A stretch of DNA of 44,990 nt, the filler included, from Jimgerdemannia flammicorona (Eukaryota): the NCBI GenBank assembly GCA_003990765.1. It is 2 parts of 2 records of this genome, joined end to end, with 100 filler letters (N's around TTAATTAATTAA, not from the genome) between each part and the next. Parts side by side here need not be neighbours in the genome. Positions count along the whole stretch, not along the records: positions 1 to 22,446 come from RBNJ01001278.1; 1 more part is not named here. One strand, 5' to 3'. Shown in pieces: positions 1 to 11,945 of this stretch (position 1 is the first letter of the stretch; every line of letters begins with the position of its first letter). Below the pieces are notes generated by a model. That model searched no databases and was not told where the DNA came from. It worked only from the letters and a program-made list of their open reading frames with translations. Both the position numbers and the translations under genes were made by a program.

Positions 1-784
1 AAAAAAAAAAAAAAAAAAAAAATACATCTATACATAAGTAGTAACCAGCATAAGGCATATCGAAGGATGTACACGGATTGCGCTGATCCATGCAATGGTG
101 CTTACGAAAATCCAATGCCGCGCGATATTAAGGCACCGGCAATTCATTGATGACACCGATTTTGACTTTGTCCAGTAGATATGTGTGTGTGCCGTAAGTT
201 AAAGAGAATTGACGTCCACCCCTCCAAATCTCTTGTGATATGACAGCCATTCCTTGTCTCTCTGTTTTTGTTTGACATTATTCTTCACAAGTCGACGTGG
301 TCCCCACAATTTCGACTGCGTATTTTTATTTTATTTTTATTTTTATTATTTTATTTTTTAAACCTTATTAAAACCTCCGGCCGATATACGACAAACATGC
401 CTTGCGCATGACAATTGTGCTGACGAGGGTTATCGGCGACACAGTCCTCCATCGCGTACCTTGGTTCCTGTACGCTGTACTGGAGGTCGACAGCCTCGGC
501 TTTGGGCAGGTACGTCGGGTTTCCTCCACGCCGCTGCTAAACAAAGTACTCGTTGCGAGCGACGAGTGAGTGCGGGGGCTCCCGGTAGTCGATTTCAAAA
601 GCGAGTGTCCGGGGTTTAGAGGCAATTCAACAATAGATATGACCGAATAGACTTTAAAGGTACAGTAACATAACTGGTTCTAACGAAATCTGTCGAAGAT
701 TAACAACGGTCGCTGGGGCTAGGTTCCATGAAACCCAAAAAGCATGACTTTGTTCAACACATGATAAAGCGCAAATATAACCAC

Positions 785-2736
785 GCAGTATTCACCTCAA
801 TGCAGGTCAAGTTGACACAGACCAACTAATCCATTGTCAAGAGGCATTCGCTTTTATGGTAAGTTGGAGATAATGTTAACGAGAGGCAAAGCCATAGTCA
901 GGTTAACATAGACCATCTGATCCATTATCAATGACCATTCGCTTTACAATAAGTTTGAAATGACAAAGCTCAGACTGATAGTAACAGCCGTGACGTCTAA
1001 AGCTTAGTATAATTTATTTTTGATATAAAGTACGCCGACCGAGTATAAGCATATGTAATATACAGCATAGAGAGTTGGAGCTCGGGAAGAAATGGGATGA
1101 CCAAGAATAAACTATATACGTGTAACGTTCCATAAGTGATGTTAGATTCAAATATGCTCGAGCATAATTTCGCTTGTATGTTCAACTCAATTATTAAAAC
1201 ATATGTAATAAGATTTTTTTTTAACCCCGGTTAATCTTTGGTGCTCTGGTCACAGCCCTCGCTGTGAGCCTCAATAAACACTATGATCCATAACAGTGGT
1301 GGCAATCTCGCGTTACGACGGGACATCACATTTTCTTGGTTGCTGGCCGAGTGTGGTTAGCATGCCCCTCTATGGGATCTTGCAGGTGGCCGATATTACT
1401 TCTGTATCGAAGCCGAGGTTGGAGTTGGTGTTGTCGCGCTAATCAAAAGATCGCGATAAAATGAGGATATGTTGCATTCTCGGCAATTGATAGCATAGAT
1501 CTTCTGGATGCCACCATGTTCCTTTAGATATTGTAGATAGTGGTCGCTTTCCTTCACTGACAATGCTATAAAGCTGCTCGATAGTCCGTCTTGTGATATT
1601 CTCATCCGAGTCGGACAGCTTATTGCATAAATAGTCGATGATGGTAGGATAGGTACTGTCTCCGAGACAAGTCGTGTCACGTTTTTTGCAACGAGTACAC
1701 GGGATGCCTCCAAAACATCTCTTGGCTTTCATCTTGCACCAAATGCATGCCTTGCCCCGCCCAACTCGATCCACTTTCTTCAAGGAGACGTGGCTAGGAC
1801 AGCGCTTCTTCCTACGCCGACAATCCGGGCATTGATTGTATTTAGGCGGTGTTGCAATGGATGAAGTCGACTCTTGTGTCGCATTAATTTTAGGGGAAGG
1901 TATCGGAAGAGAATTTTCGGTTGTGGTAGTTGGCGATCGACTTTGTGTAACTTCGTCGACTTGACAGGTCATCCAAGGCGTAGCAGCATGAAAATCTTCG
2001 CCGAATATGCTGGAGTTGAGATCATCCTCCATAATTGCTTCGTCAAATGTACTGGAGTTGAGGAATGATTGGAAATCATCCACCATGGTTATACCGCTGA
2101 AATTGGGATCTTCGTGGCAACATTGATTGAATCCCTCCATATTAATCTCACTGAGAGTGAGGCTGTGACCAGGGATGTCAAGTTCATCTTTGTCGATGTC
2201 CATGTGAAGGTTCTCGCTGAATAATTGGAAGAAATTTGGATATTCGTAGTGGTATTGGTTGAGGTCGTCACCGAGTGTGCGTAGTGAGTAGTCGATGTTG
2301 GGATCAGTGTCGGGTGTGTCGGAATGCGAGTCGACTTTATCTTTGTTGAAATTGTCGAAGTCAAAATACATGTCGAGCTCCTTTTTGACAGTGTTCATGC
2401 TGTTGTCATCAAAGATGCCATAGATTTCACAATCCAGGATGCTGAAATCTAGCTCGAAGTCGGATTGATCTTGCTGGATATGAGCATCGCTAGCATGGTA
2501 CTCCGATCCGAGTTGGCTTTGGAGGGCGTCTTCACCGTTAAATTTGGAGGGCGTCTTCACCGTTAAAAGTGTTAGACTCATAAGAATGGTGCAGAGGAGG
2601 CAGGACGTGTTTGGATGGTTTGATAGGGTGGTCAAATGGAGGAAAGGTATGATATTTGTTGGAGTCTTAGACTAGACGTGAAAAAGGCAGTCCTAAGTCT
2701 GAAAAGTAACGTCACTAACTTTTGGCGGAACCGCCC
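785..2736. repeat. Tandem ~2-kb segmental duplication, copy 1 (gene plus flanks)
   Basis: Starts gcagtattcacctc (cf. 2786) and ends ttttggcggaaccgccc (cf. 4707); colinear with copy 2 throughout. Contains its own ~70-bp internal duplication (about 805-870 vs 897-960). Confidence 0.9.
1439..2581 (-). CDS. Putative Zn(II)2Cys6 (GAL4-type) transcription factor with acidic N-terminus and C-terminal cluster, ~380 aa, no intron needed
   Basis: Canonical C-x2-C-x6-C-x5-C-x2-C-x6-C (CIWCKMKAKRCFGGIPCTRCKKRDTTC), preceded by CPDCRRRKKRCPSH; D/E/F-rich N-terminal two-thirds. First ATG is at 2581 (the ORF-track start at 2635 is TTG). Confidence 0.75.
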   Translation of the reverse strand: MSLTLLTVKTPSKFNGEDALQSQLGSEYHASDAHIQQDQSDFELDFSILDCEIYGIFDDNSMNTVKKELDMYFDFDNFNKDKVDSHSDTPDTDPNIDYSLRTLGDDLNQYHYEYPNFFQLFSENLHMDIDKDELDIPGHSLTLSEINMEGFNQCCHEDPNFSGITMVDDFQSFLNSSTFDEAIMEDDLNSSIFGEDFHAATPWMTCQVDEVTQSRSPTTTTENSLPIPSPKINATQESTSSIATPPKYNQCPDCRRRKKRCPSHVSLKKVDRVGRGKACIWCKMKAKRCFGGIPCTRCKKRDTTCLGDSTYPTIIDYLCNKLSDSDENITRRTIEQLYSIVSEGKRPLSTISKGTWWHPEDLCYQLPRMQHILILSRSFD

Positions 2737-2785
2737 AAAGGACAAGGAAAACGATGTCACAAACGTCACGTGGGAAGGTTGTGCA

Positions 2786-4707
2786 GCAGTATTCACCTCG
2801 ATGCAATCTATTTCGCAGTCGAGTTGACGTAGACCAACCAATCCATTGTCAAGGAGCATTAGCTTTATGGTAAATTTAACGAGAAGCAAAGCTCAGCCTG
2901 ATAGTAATAGCCGTGACATCTAAAGCATGGTATAATTTATTTTTGACATAAAGTACGCCGACCGGGTATAAGCATATGAAATATACAGCATAGAGAGTGA
3001 AGTCCGGGAAGAAATGGGATGACCAAGAATAAACTACGTGTAAGCACGCGCCATGAGTGACGTTATTCAAATATTGGATTCAAATATGTTCGAGCATAAT
3101 TTCGATTGTACGTCAACTCCATATGTAATAAGAATATTTTTAACTCCGGTTATTCTGTGGTGCGCTGGTCATAGCCTTCGCTGTGAGCCTCAACAAATGC
3201 TATTCCATAACAGCGGTGGCAATCTTGCATTACGACGGGACACCATATTTTCTTGGTTGCCGGCAGAATGTGGTGGGTATGTCCTTCTATGGGATCTTGC
3301 AGGTGGCCGATATTGCTTAGTTCTGTATCAAAGTCGAGGTTGAAGTTGGTGTTGTCGCAGCCCTAATAAAAATATCGCGATAAAGTGAGTGTTTTTGACA
3401 ATTGATAGCATAGATCTTCTGGATGCCACCATGCTCCTTTAGATATTGCAGTTAGCGGTTGACTTCATAGCGCCTTCTGCCACCGAGCTGTATGACAGCA
3501 TAAAGCAGCTTAAGAGTCTTTTCTGTGATCTTCTCATCTGAGTTGGACAGCTCATTGCACAAACCGTCGATGAATTTTGGATAGGTATTGTCTCCGAAAT
3601 AAGGCCTGCCACGTTTTTTTTTGCAAAGAGCACATGGGACACCCCAAAACATCGCTTAGCTCTCGCCTTGTACCAACTGCACACCTTTCCCCGCCCAACT
3701 CATTCCACTTTCTTCAAGGAGGCGCGGCGAGGGTAGCGCTTTTTCCTACTCGAACAGTCCGAGCATTGATTGTATTTAGGCGGCGTTGCGATGGATGGTG
3801 TAGTCGACGTTTATGTCGCATCAAGTTTAGGGGAAGGTACCGATGTTGCGATAGTTGGCGATTGTTTTTTTGCAACTTTGTCGACTTGACAGACCATCCA
3901 AGGCGTAGTAGCATGAATATCTTCGTCAAATATGCCGGAGTTCAGATCATCCTCCATGATTGCTTCGCCAAACGTGCTGTAGTTGAGGAACGACTGGAAA
4001 TCGTCCTCCATGATTGTACCGCTGACATTAGGATCTCCTTCATAGTGCTGATTGAATCCCTTCATATTAATTTACTGAGATCGACACTGTCGCTGGGTAT
4101 ATCGAGTTCGCTGAATAATTGGAATAAATTGGGGTCTCCGTGCGGCATTGGTTGAATGCGCTTAGTGAGAAGTCAATGTTGGGATCAGAATCGAGGTTAA
4201 CTTGAGTTGATGAAGTTGGGATCTTCATGGTGGTATTGGTTGAGTGCGCTTGGTAGGTAGTCAATGTTGGGATCAGAGTCGGGTAGGTCGAAACGCGAGT
4301 CGATTTTATCTTTGTCAAAATTGTCGAAGTTGAATAACGTGTTAAAGATCCACTTCGACAGTGTTCATGTTGCTGTCGTTGAGGATGCCATAGATTTCAC
4401 CATCCAGGATGCTGGGATCTAGCTCGCTGTCTGATTGGTCTGATTGGCCTTGTTGGATGAGTTGCGTCGCTAGCGTGGTACTCCGGTTGCGATTCCAGTT
4501 GAGCTTGGATGGCGCCTTCACCGTTAAAAAGAGCTAGACACATCGGAAAGGTGTAGAGGGAGGCAGGAGGTGCTGGAGTGGGACGATATTGTTTTGATAG
4601 AGGAATATTTGTTGGCCTTAGACTAGACGTGGACATTTTATAGGCCAACCAAATGACAATCCTAATTTCTGAAAAGGTGACGTATCCAAATTTTGGCGGA
4701 ACCGCCC
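2786..4707. repeat. Tandem ~2-kb segmental duplication, copy 2
   Basis: Colinear, diverged copy of 785-2736. Confidence 0.9.
3317..4543 (-). pseudogene. Frameshifted paralogue of the Zn-cluster gene
   Basis: Homologous peptides spread over several frames (MCLALFNGEGAIQAQ; MEDDFQSFLN...TTPWMVCQVD; CSWYKARAKRCFG; PCALCKKK; WWHPEDLCYQL). Second cluster Cys changed to Tyr. Confidence 0.8.
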
Positions 4708-4849
4708 TCGCGGGTTTGTCAAGGCAATGAAAACCCGCGGCAATGCAATGAAAAGCATGTACAATAAAGGTGGGAGTAGGGAGGCTACATTTGTGGCAAT
4801 AAGCAAACTAAAAAAAACCATGACATATTCAAGAAATAAATAGAAAAAT

Positions 4850-5160
4850 AATAGGTGTTATATGTAGTAGACTCTTGATATAATTACATTATTAGACCAG
4901 CTATCAAGTATTATATTAAAGTATCACTATATCAAGTGTAATTAAATTAAGAGTTTACTATAAAATAAATATTATTTAAATATACAAGATAATTACTATA
5001 TTATATTAATATTATATTTTAAGAGTAGTTATAAGTTTTATTATTATTAAAAAAAAAAAAAAAAAAAAAAAAAGTCATAGAATAATTGGAAAGAAAAGGT
5101 TTAGTTTAAATTATATATAAACACATCATCAATATTAAATACCTTAAATTACATTTTTAG
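4850..5160. repeat. Very AT-rich, CpG-free relic with poly(A) run; probably eroded TE
   Basis: Abrupt composition shift from flanks; A-run at about 5049-5073. Confidence 0.4.
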
Positions 5161-6102
5161 TAAGCTCCGATCAAGAACCAACTCACATGCGATAGTTTTT
5201 TTTTTTTTTTTTTTTTTTTTTGAATTAGCTAAGTTTATACAAGTGGAACTGAAGTTCGAGCCATGTTATTCTCCATCTCTTCCTCCACTCAATTCTACGC
5301 TCCGCGGGATCCCTCGACTGATCAATAACCTCATCCTTTCTTCGCCTCAACACCTCCCGCGGCCGGCATAATGTATGTCTCGAGCTCGCACGCCGACTTT
5401 GGACGCTTCCTCCGGCCAGCCCAGGGGGGTGGACAGGATCAGTATTAGGGATGAGGAACTTACAGGGTTGCGTCGTCGCTGGTGCATTCTGCATCTGAGA
5501 CAACTTGGAGCGAGTCTCTTTTGGAAGGGGTATGGCAAGTATTGTTCTGGGATTAGTAGGCGAGCGACACAGCACAATTCGGTGCGCATCATGAAGGCGG
5601 AAGGACTTCAGGCGGTAAACTGTTAATGTGGCACAGATCACATGTCAGTGATTGAAGACAATATATACATTTGTACACCGGTAATGTGAGGGGAAAATCA
5701 AATAAATTTAATAACACTCATTTTGAGAGTCCTTAGATTAAGGTATAGAGAAAACAAAACCATTCAGCATAAAAAGATGGAAATGTCCATGAATCAAAAG
5801 AGAAAAGTGGAAAAGGAGCGACGAGGAACGAGGAAAAGAAGGGTAGTTTTTATCCCGCCATCAGACGTTAATACTGTCCATAGCATGTAAATATACAGGG
5901 TTCCTGTGATGACCGACATCACAGAATAAAGGACTAGAAGAGCGGAGAAAGTGAAATGGAAGGGCCGAAGAAAAGTATGAAAGAAGTGGAACGTCTGAAT
6001 AAAATGGGTAATAGATGATTCATTGTTGTGTCGAGAAAAAAATTTCAAGCAACCCAGCTACGCAACAACGCTCTCTCCTCCGGCCACCACGCACCGCGCC
6101 GC

Positions 6103-7731
6103 TCACGCCGCGCTCGTACTCCCGCCCGTAACCATCACGCTAACCGTATTGGGCACCCATCCCGCCCCCGCGGGTCCCTCCTTTGGTATACTTCCCCAGC
6201 TCGGATCAGTGGCCTCAAATTCCTGGAACCCAAGATTCTCCATGCGGTTCCCAAGCTTCGGGATCTTAACATACGCGTCTGTCCCGAACCCGTCCATGCT
6301 AATGATGTTAAGCTCACCGCCCCAATACTCTGCATACACCTTGCTCATGGGCAGTCCGATACCGAGATGCGGGGTGGGGGACAGCAGGACGCCGTCTACG
6401 TGCTCGGCCATGGAAGCGGCCAAGCGTGGGACCTTGTCGAAGTTTACGAAGCCGTCAGGTGCGTGTGAGTAGGACCAGAGGTTGTTGGAACGAGAAGAGG
6501 GAATGCCGCCGGCCTGGTCTGAGACGCGGAAGATGAGATCCGAGTCGCCAGAACAGATGGTGACGGTGACGGGCGGGAGTGGGATAAGCGGGGAGGAAGA
6601 GTCAGGCGGGGAAAAGCGGAGGACGGTATAGGTCATTGAGTTCATGAGTAGCTCGTAGATGATATACTCAAGGTGGTCCGGAATGTAGGTAAAGGAGACG
6701 TCCGGGTGCCCGTTGACGACCACCTGCGGCGGCTCCCACCTGTCCGGTTGCCCGTGGCCGTACGTGCTGATACAATGGTCACGGGCAAGGCCCGCACACT
6801 TGCCGACGATCTCGATGGCACTGCAATGCGTGTTTACCATACCGATGCAGTCGCGCTTCTCCTCCGAGTGCGGTAGTTCATGGCTATGTGTGAGGGCAAG
6901 GTGCTGTTCGGCGATAACGCGACGGGAGATGCGGGAGCGGAGCATAGTGTTCATGAAGCGGTCAACCTGGGAGGGGCTGATGTGCTGTGCGCACTGGACG
7001 ATGCCGAGCGCGAGCTGAGGGATGACGACGAGGTGATCCTTGAGCGTGTCTTGGAGCATTTTGCAGAAGGCTTCGTTGTCATCCATGGTGTCAATCTGGG
7101 GGAAGCAGCGGAGGCAATCGAAGGCTTGCCAGTAGAGGTCGTAGACGTACGCGATGTGTGGGTTGGTGCCGACGATGAAGGGGAGGTTCTGGAAATCGTG
7201 AATGCGATGGGCGAGACGTATGGCCAGCTCCGTGCGTGCGTAGTTGGCCAAGCGAATTAGTTTCTGGTTCGTCATGTTGCGGCCGAAGAAGCAGAGCTGG
7301 CGCAGGGTGATGGTGTTGACGGGTTTCGAGACGTACTGCTCCAGAACGCGACTATGATAGAAGTGCTCGGAAGAGAAGGGCCGGTTCATAGAAGTAGGCT
7401 TGGGATGCGCAGGGGTTTTCGCGGGTTGTGCCGAGTGGGTTTGGTGTTGGTGGTGGTGCGCGTTGTTGTATTGGTGGGGCGGGTCATCATGGAAACTGGG
7501 CGCCTGAAATGAGGACGGTTGGGGTGCCGATAAGGCAACGGGCGCATACCTGCGGCCATGCGATATCGATGTCGTTAAATGCTGTCTCCGTGCTGCGCTA
7601 TTGATGTTGAGAGAGGTCGTTCTCCGTGCGGGTGAGGTGGTGGATAGCAAGGTGTGGTTCGAGGGCATGAACAGGTGTGAACGCCTCACAGAATAGCAAC
7701 ACTGTGAAGCCAGTCTCAGTGGAGGGGGCAT
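6103..7731 (-). CDS. Mitochondrial alpha-ketoacid dehydrogenase kinase (PDK/BCKDK family; BCDHK_Adom3 + HATPase_c), 542 aa, single exon
   Basis: R/S-rich presequence-like N-terminus; ITLRQLCFFG, ELAIRLAHRIHDFQNLPF, RSRISRRVIAEQH, HLEYIIYELLMNS (N box), FRVSDQAGGI (G1), GIGLPMSKVYAEYWGGELNIISMDGFGTDAYV (G2/G3). Confidence 0.92.
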   Translation of the reverse strand: MPPPLRLASQCCYSVRRSHLFMPSNHTLLSTTSPARRTTSLNINSAARRQHLTTSISHGRRYAPVALSAPQPSSFQAPSFHDDPPHQYNNAHHHQHQTHSAQPAKTPAHPKPTSMNRPFSSEHFYHSRVLEQYVSKPVNTITLRQLCFFGRNMTNQKLIRLANYARTELAIRLAHRIHDFQNLPFIVGTNPHIAYVYDLYWQAFDCLRCFPQIDTMDDNEAFCKMLQDTLKDHLVVIPQLALGIVQCAQHISPSQVDRFMNTMLRSRISRRVIAEQHLALTHSHELPHSEEKRDCIGMVNTHCSAIEIVGKCAGLARDHCISTYGHGQPDRWEPPQVVVNGHPDVSFTYIPDHLEYIIYELLMNSMTYTVLRFSPPDSSSPLIPLPPVTVTICSGDSDLIFRVSDQAGGIPSSRSNNLWSYSHAPDGFVNFDKVPRLAASMAEHVDGVLLSPTPHLGIGLPMSKVYAEYWGGELNIISMDGFGTDAYVKIPKLGNRMENLGFQEFEATDPSWGSIPKEGPAGAGWVPNTVSVMVTGGSTSAA

Positions 7732-7892
7732 TTGTGTTGGAATGGGGTTATCTGAGACAAAGAGAGAGAGGAGAGCAGAGGGGTGAAGAACAAGGGTTGG
7801 TGGCTGAGGTCAAGTCATCGTTTCGGGATTGCGTCACACCAACTCTTGCCATGATGTCCAATCCTGTTGTGTGACTCGTCTTGCGGTCCCAG

Positions 7893-8102
7893 TCCATCGA
7901 TCATCAGGTAACGGTGCGGGTTCATCGATCATAAGGTAAGTGCGGGTCCATCGATCATCAGCCAAACTTTACTTTTGGCATTTCTTTATCTCCTTCCCAT
8001 CTTGGCAACTGCCTTCTCTTTTCTCTGGCTCGTCCCCAAGTCTCCTTCCCATCTTGGCAACTGCCTTCTCACAAGGCTCTTTTCTCTGGCTCGTCCCCAA
8101 GT
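7893..8102. repeat. Short tandem repeats upstream of the kinase gene
   Basis: 3 x ~27-bp unit with core catcgatcat (7893-7960); 2 x ~50-bp unit tcccatcttggcaactgccttctc...ttttctctggctcgtccccaagt (7993-8102). Confidence 0.8.
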
Positions 8103-9572
8103 ATATTACCGTGCTTTTTTTTACATATACAGACGCTTATATATAGTACTAGCGTATCATAAATACAGGAATAGCTCGAGATCCGCAGATAGCGTTCCAG
8201 CGAGACTGCTATCCTGCTTTTGGGGATTCTGCCTGATTCAGTTCAAATATGTAGTGAATAGGAAGTAGTCTTTGCCGTCATGTATGTGATATAGACACGA
8301 AACGTAATACCTACACTATCACGATAGACAAACTTTCGCAAGACGCCACACACACACAATCTGGCGCTGCTTGCGGGTTTATTATTATTATTATTATTAT
8401 TTAAAAAAAAAAACTCCCCTTACTCAGCGACAGCAGGTCCTGGCGTTTTTTAAACATTTTTTCTTTCTGCGTTGCCCAGTATTGAGGGCCTCGTCAATAA
8501 ACATAACCTGAGTCAGACCTTCTTCGGCATCATATTGTTGCCGATCTTGACAAAATGAGCATTGTTTGATTTTATTTCTCTTTCCCCTCATCCTCTTTCA
8601 TTTGTGATTTTTGATATTGACCGCAATTTTCTCCGTAACCATTCTCTTTCGAAGCATGTACACACACATGTTCTCCATAACTCTGGCCGTCCGCGACCGT
8701 ATGGACCTGTGCCTGAGCATGGCGACGAGTTCGTCGATACAGATCACCTTGGTGATCAGTGGGTCGGCGGTGTCGGGTTGGTTGGTGTAGGGTCGTTTCA
8801 CGCTACCTTTTTTGTAAGTTTCCAACCTTTTCCCAAACGTGACAACACAGGAAGGCAAGTCTAATTGGCTTGAGGGTGTGATGCTTGTGGTTAGTCGCGT
8901 TTGTTTTCCTCATCCACATTTCCCATTTTTTACTTGAATCTCGAGCAGCAAGGACACGCATAATGGCACATTTTTCATTTTCATAAATGTCAACACTGAC
9001 GATCAAGCTTGCCTACGCCATTGTCGCCGTTGCCTTCTTCTTTCCCGAGAAGCTTACCGGCGTTTTCTTCGGATGACGTGAGAGTGGAGGGCGAAACGGA
9101 AACGGGAAAATCATGGTTGCCAGAAGCGTGTACTTTGGGCGGAGGCGATCTTCGGCTTTAAATAGTTAGGGATTCTTTTCAATGTAAATAAAACGGGAAA
9201 CCGTCAAGTGTTAAAGCCGCGGAAATCGCGCGGCCCCCAGAGGAAACGGGTCCCCCCACTTTGGCGCCAAGCGCAACAATCGATTCCGACGGGGAAATTA
9301 AATATTTATTTTTTTGTGGCAGTTTGTCGAGTAAACACAAGTGATCCCGACGATCGTTGCCCTATTGCGTGCAAAGACAATTTCAGTGTCCTTTCTGGAG
9401 ATTGCTGGCGCGGATATAGACCACATCAGGAGTATTACATAAAACTTGGGCCATGGGACATGGCTGCAGGACTCTAAATCAGGAACCGGAAAATTCCAAA
9501 TCCGATTAGGTTATAATGGTGGGATACCGACAAACAACACAGCCGTTTCCTTTCACTTGTCGTAACCAAACC

Positions 9573-10716
9573 ATGTCAGACACAAGCTCGAGTTCGCTCA
9601 GCGATCTCCCCGACGGGTTCAAGATCGTACACGATCGCAAATTCCACAATAGCAATAAGTACATATTACCTAATGATGAGAGGGAGGTGAGCAGGCTTGA
9701 TTTACAGCACTACATAATGCGGTAGGGTTTCTTCCTTGTTCTGTTTAAACGCAATACATAGCATTCGACTCAGCGCTCATAATAGTAATGCCTCCGACTT
9801 CATAGCCACCTTGTCCATGGCAACTTTAACGCACCCGTCGAAGAAGATCTAGAGCGCGGCATCAACGTCCTAGACAGTGAGGCCTGATTCTTTTTTCTGT
9901 TGGGTTATACTATGGGGATTTGGTCTAACCCCACACCCCCTGTATTTAGTGGGCTGCGGTAGCGGGCGCTGGGTTCTCGATATGGCAGTTGACTACCCGA
10001 ACTCCACGTTCACGGGCATTGACATGGCAGAAGTCTTTCCCGTGGACCCTGACGACATCCCGCCGAATGCGCGCTTTATGATTGCCAATACGCTCAAGGG
10101 CCTGCCTTTCCCGGACGAGACCTTCGATTACGTATTCCAACGCTTTATGGTGCTATCTTTCACGCCACAGGATTGGAAGTTCGCCGTCAACGAGATTGTT
10201 AGACTCACCAAACCCGGTGGGTGGGTGGAGCTGTTCGAGTTGGCGTGCACGACGGAGCGGCCGCCGGCAGATATAACCGTTTGGCAAGGATGTGAGTAGA
10301 CTTTTGAGGTTATCTGTAAACTAGTTTCATTCTTTGAGGTTGGAACCATGTACCATCGCACCCATCACCCAACGTAGTTTTCCCTTTTTCCATTTCCACC
10401 AGTCATGACCGTTTGCGCTGCCAAAGGCATCGATCACACCGAAGTCTGGCGCCTGAAGTCCCACCTGATGGCGCACAACTTCAATAACGTGGAGTTGGAC
10501 TACATCTCGTGCCCACTCGGGTGGAGCGGGAGGGTAGGAGAGATGCACGTCAATAACTTACATCTGGCGTATCTGGCCATGGGTCCCGTTGTGGCACCGG
10601 TTTTGGGAATCGATCAAGACGAGTGGTCGACCATAGTGCAAAGAAGGATGGACGGGTTCAAGGAGCGGAAGTCGTGGCAAAAGGCGCCATACGTGTACGG
10701 GAAGAAACCCGTGTGA
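9573..10716 (+). CDS. Class I SAM-dependent methyltransferase (LaeA-like/Methyltransf_23-25), 291 aa; exons 9573-9721, 9806-9876, 9950-10291, 10403-10716
   Basis: Three GT..AG introns splice to one open frame: YILPNDEREVSRLDLQHY, VLDMGCGSGRW (motif I), TGIDMA, GLPFPDETFDYVFQR, RLTKPGGWVEL, final VYGKKP. CTAAC branch point in intron 2. Confidence 0.92.
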
Positions 10717-11677
10717 CAATGAAATGGGAGATGGATCGAATCGGGTCATAGTAGTTTGCCGATGTGGGGCTGTCTTTGATAGCTAAGAACAATTGACAAT
10801 GAGAAATGCTGACAATATCATTTCGTACAGAAAAACACTGTTAACCGCGCAATTGTCAGTATAGTGCCGAAATCGCATCGACATAGAGTAGATTGAATAA
10901 AAATAAAAAATAAATTAATTTTTAATTTTTGAAAATCGAATTTTTATAATAAAACTGAACACAAAAAAGGCGTATAAGAGATTAAGGGATAAGTACCCCA
11001 ATATCGGACTTAGCCCACATTGGTTTAGATCGTACTGCGCCTCAGTTTGGTTGACAACTTTCTATACCTCCGGTTTTCTGTGTTCACTTATAAAAGCATA
11101 ATTAGTGAGTCATCGCGGCGTGCTCGCCCTAGCGCGCTACCTTGTCGGAACAAACCGCTATTTGTCGACTATGTTTTCCCTTAAAGTATATACAAAAGCC
11201 CCCCTTTTTTTTTGGGGGGGGGGGGGGGTTCTTCTTCTTCTAAAACTACATCAAGTTTGATAAATTCCGCACAGAGATAGACGAGCAATTTGCAAAGTCT
11301 ATAACGACGTTTGTGTAACTTAGCCGAAGAGCTTCATTGGGGGACGAGGATTATACCACGCTGAATTTCAGTCTCCGCCTCACGTCACAACCAAAAAAGC
11401 ACGACCATTATCCCCAGGACTAGACAACGCACCTCCCAACCAAAAAATAGGGGGTGCGTTACCACCATGCCCAAGACAAAGATCGAACTGGAAACGAGTG
11501 CTATGCACAATGGATTCATAATCAAGTTAACGTCTCATCCGACAAAAACGATTGGCGCACTACCAGGAAAGCAAAATGAGATGTACAGCAAGAGCGCCAC
11601 TAGCAGGTTCGTTTTGGGGGGTTCCTCGTCGAGAATTTCCTCTGTGCGATTGAGAATGGATGGGCGTAATTGGCTCG

Positions 11678-11945
11678 TGTTCTCCTGAGCAAAGATCACC
11701 CAATCCGAAATTCTCTTCTCGACTTTACTTTGCCCCTCCTCGTGTAATAGTTACTGAGCTGATCATTGGCTGGTGCTTTCCTGTCAACGAGCAAAGATCG
11801 CTTAATCCGAAATTCGATCTGCTTGACTTTGCCCGTTGTGCAATTGTCACATAAGCTGATCATGCTGATAACTGGTGTTCTCCTGTCGATCTGCTCGACC
11901 CCCCCCCCTTCGTGTAAGTCACGTGAGCTGATCATTGCTTGTGTT
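11678..11945. repeat. Three degenerate ~90-100-bp direct repeats
   Basis: Recurring gagcaaagatc..aatccgaaattc..actttgccc (x2) and agctgatcat (x3). Confidence 0.65.

Noticed and set aside
368..625. 85-aa minus-strand ORF
   Set aside because: Non-ATG start and no recognisable motif or splice structure.
6023..7260. Several plus-strand ORFs of 67-149 aa
   Set aside because: Antisense shadows of the GC-rich kinase CDS.
7893..8102. CRISPR-like appearance of short repeats (also 11678-11945, 12625-12870)
   Set aside because: Degenerate tandem repeats without unique equal-length spacers; eukaryotic context; no cas genes.
8562..9006. Overlapping short ORFs between kinase and methyltransferase
   Set aside because: No recognisable domain and no consistent gene model.
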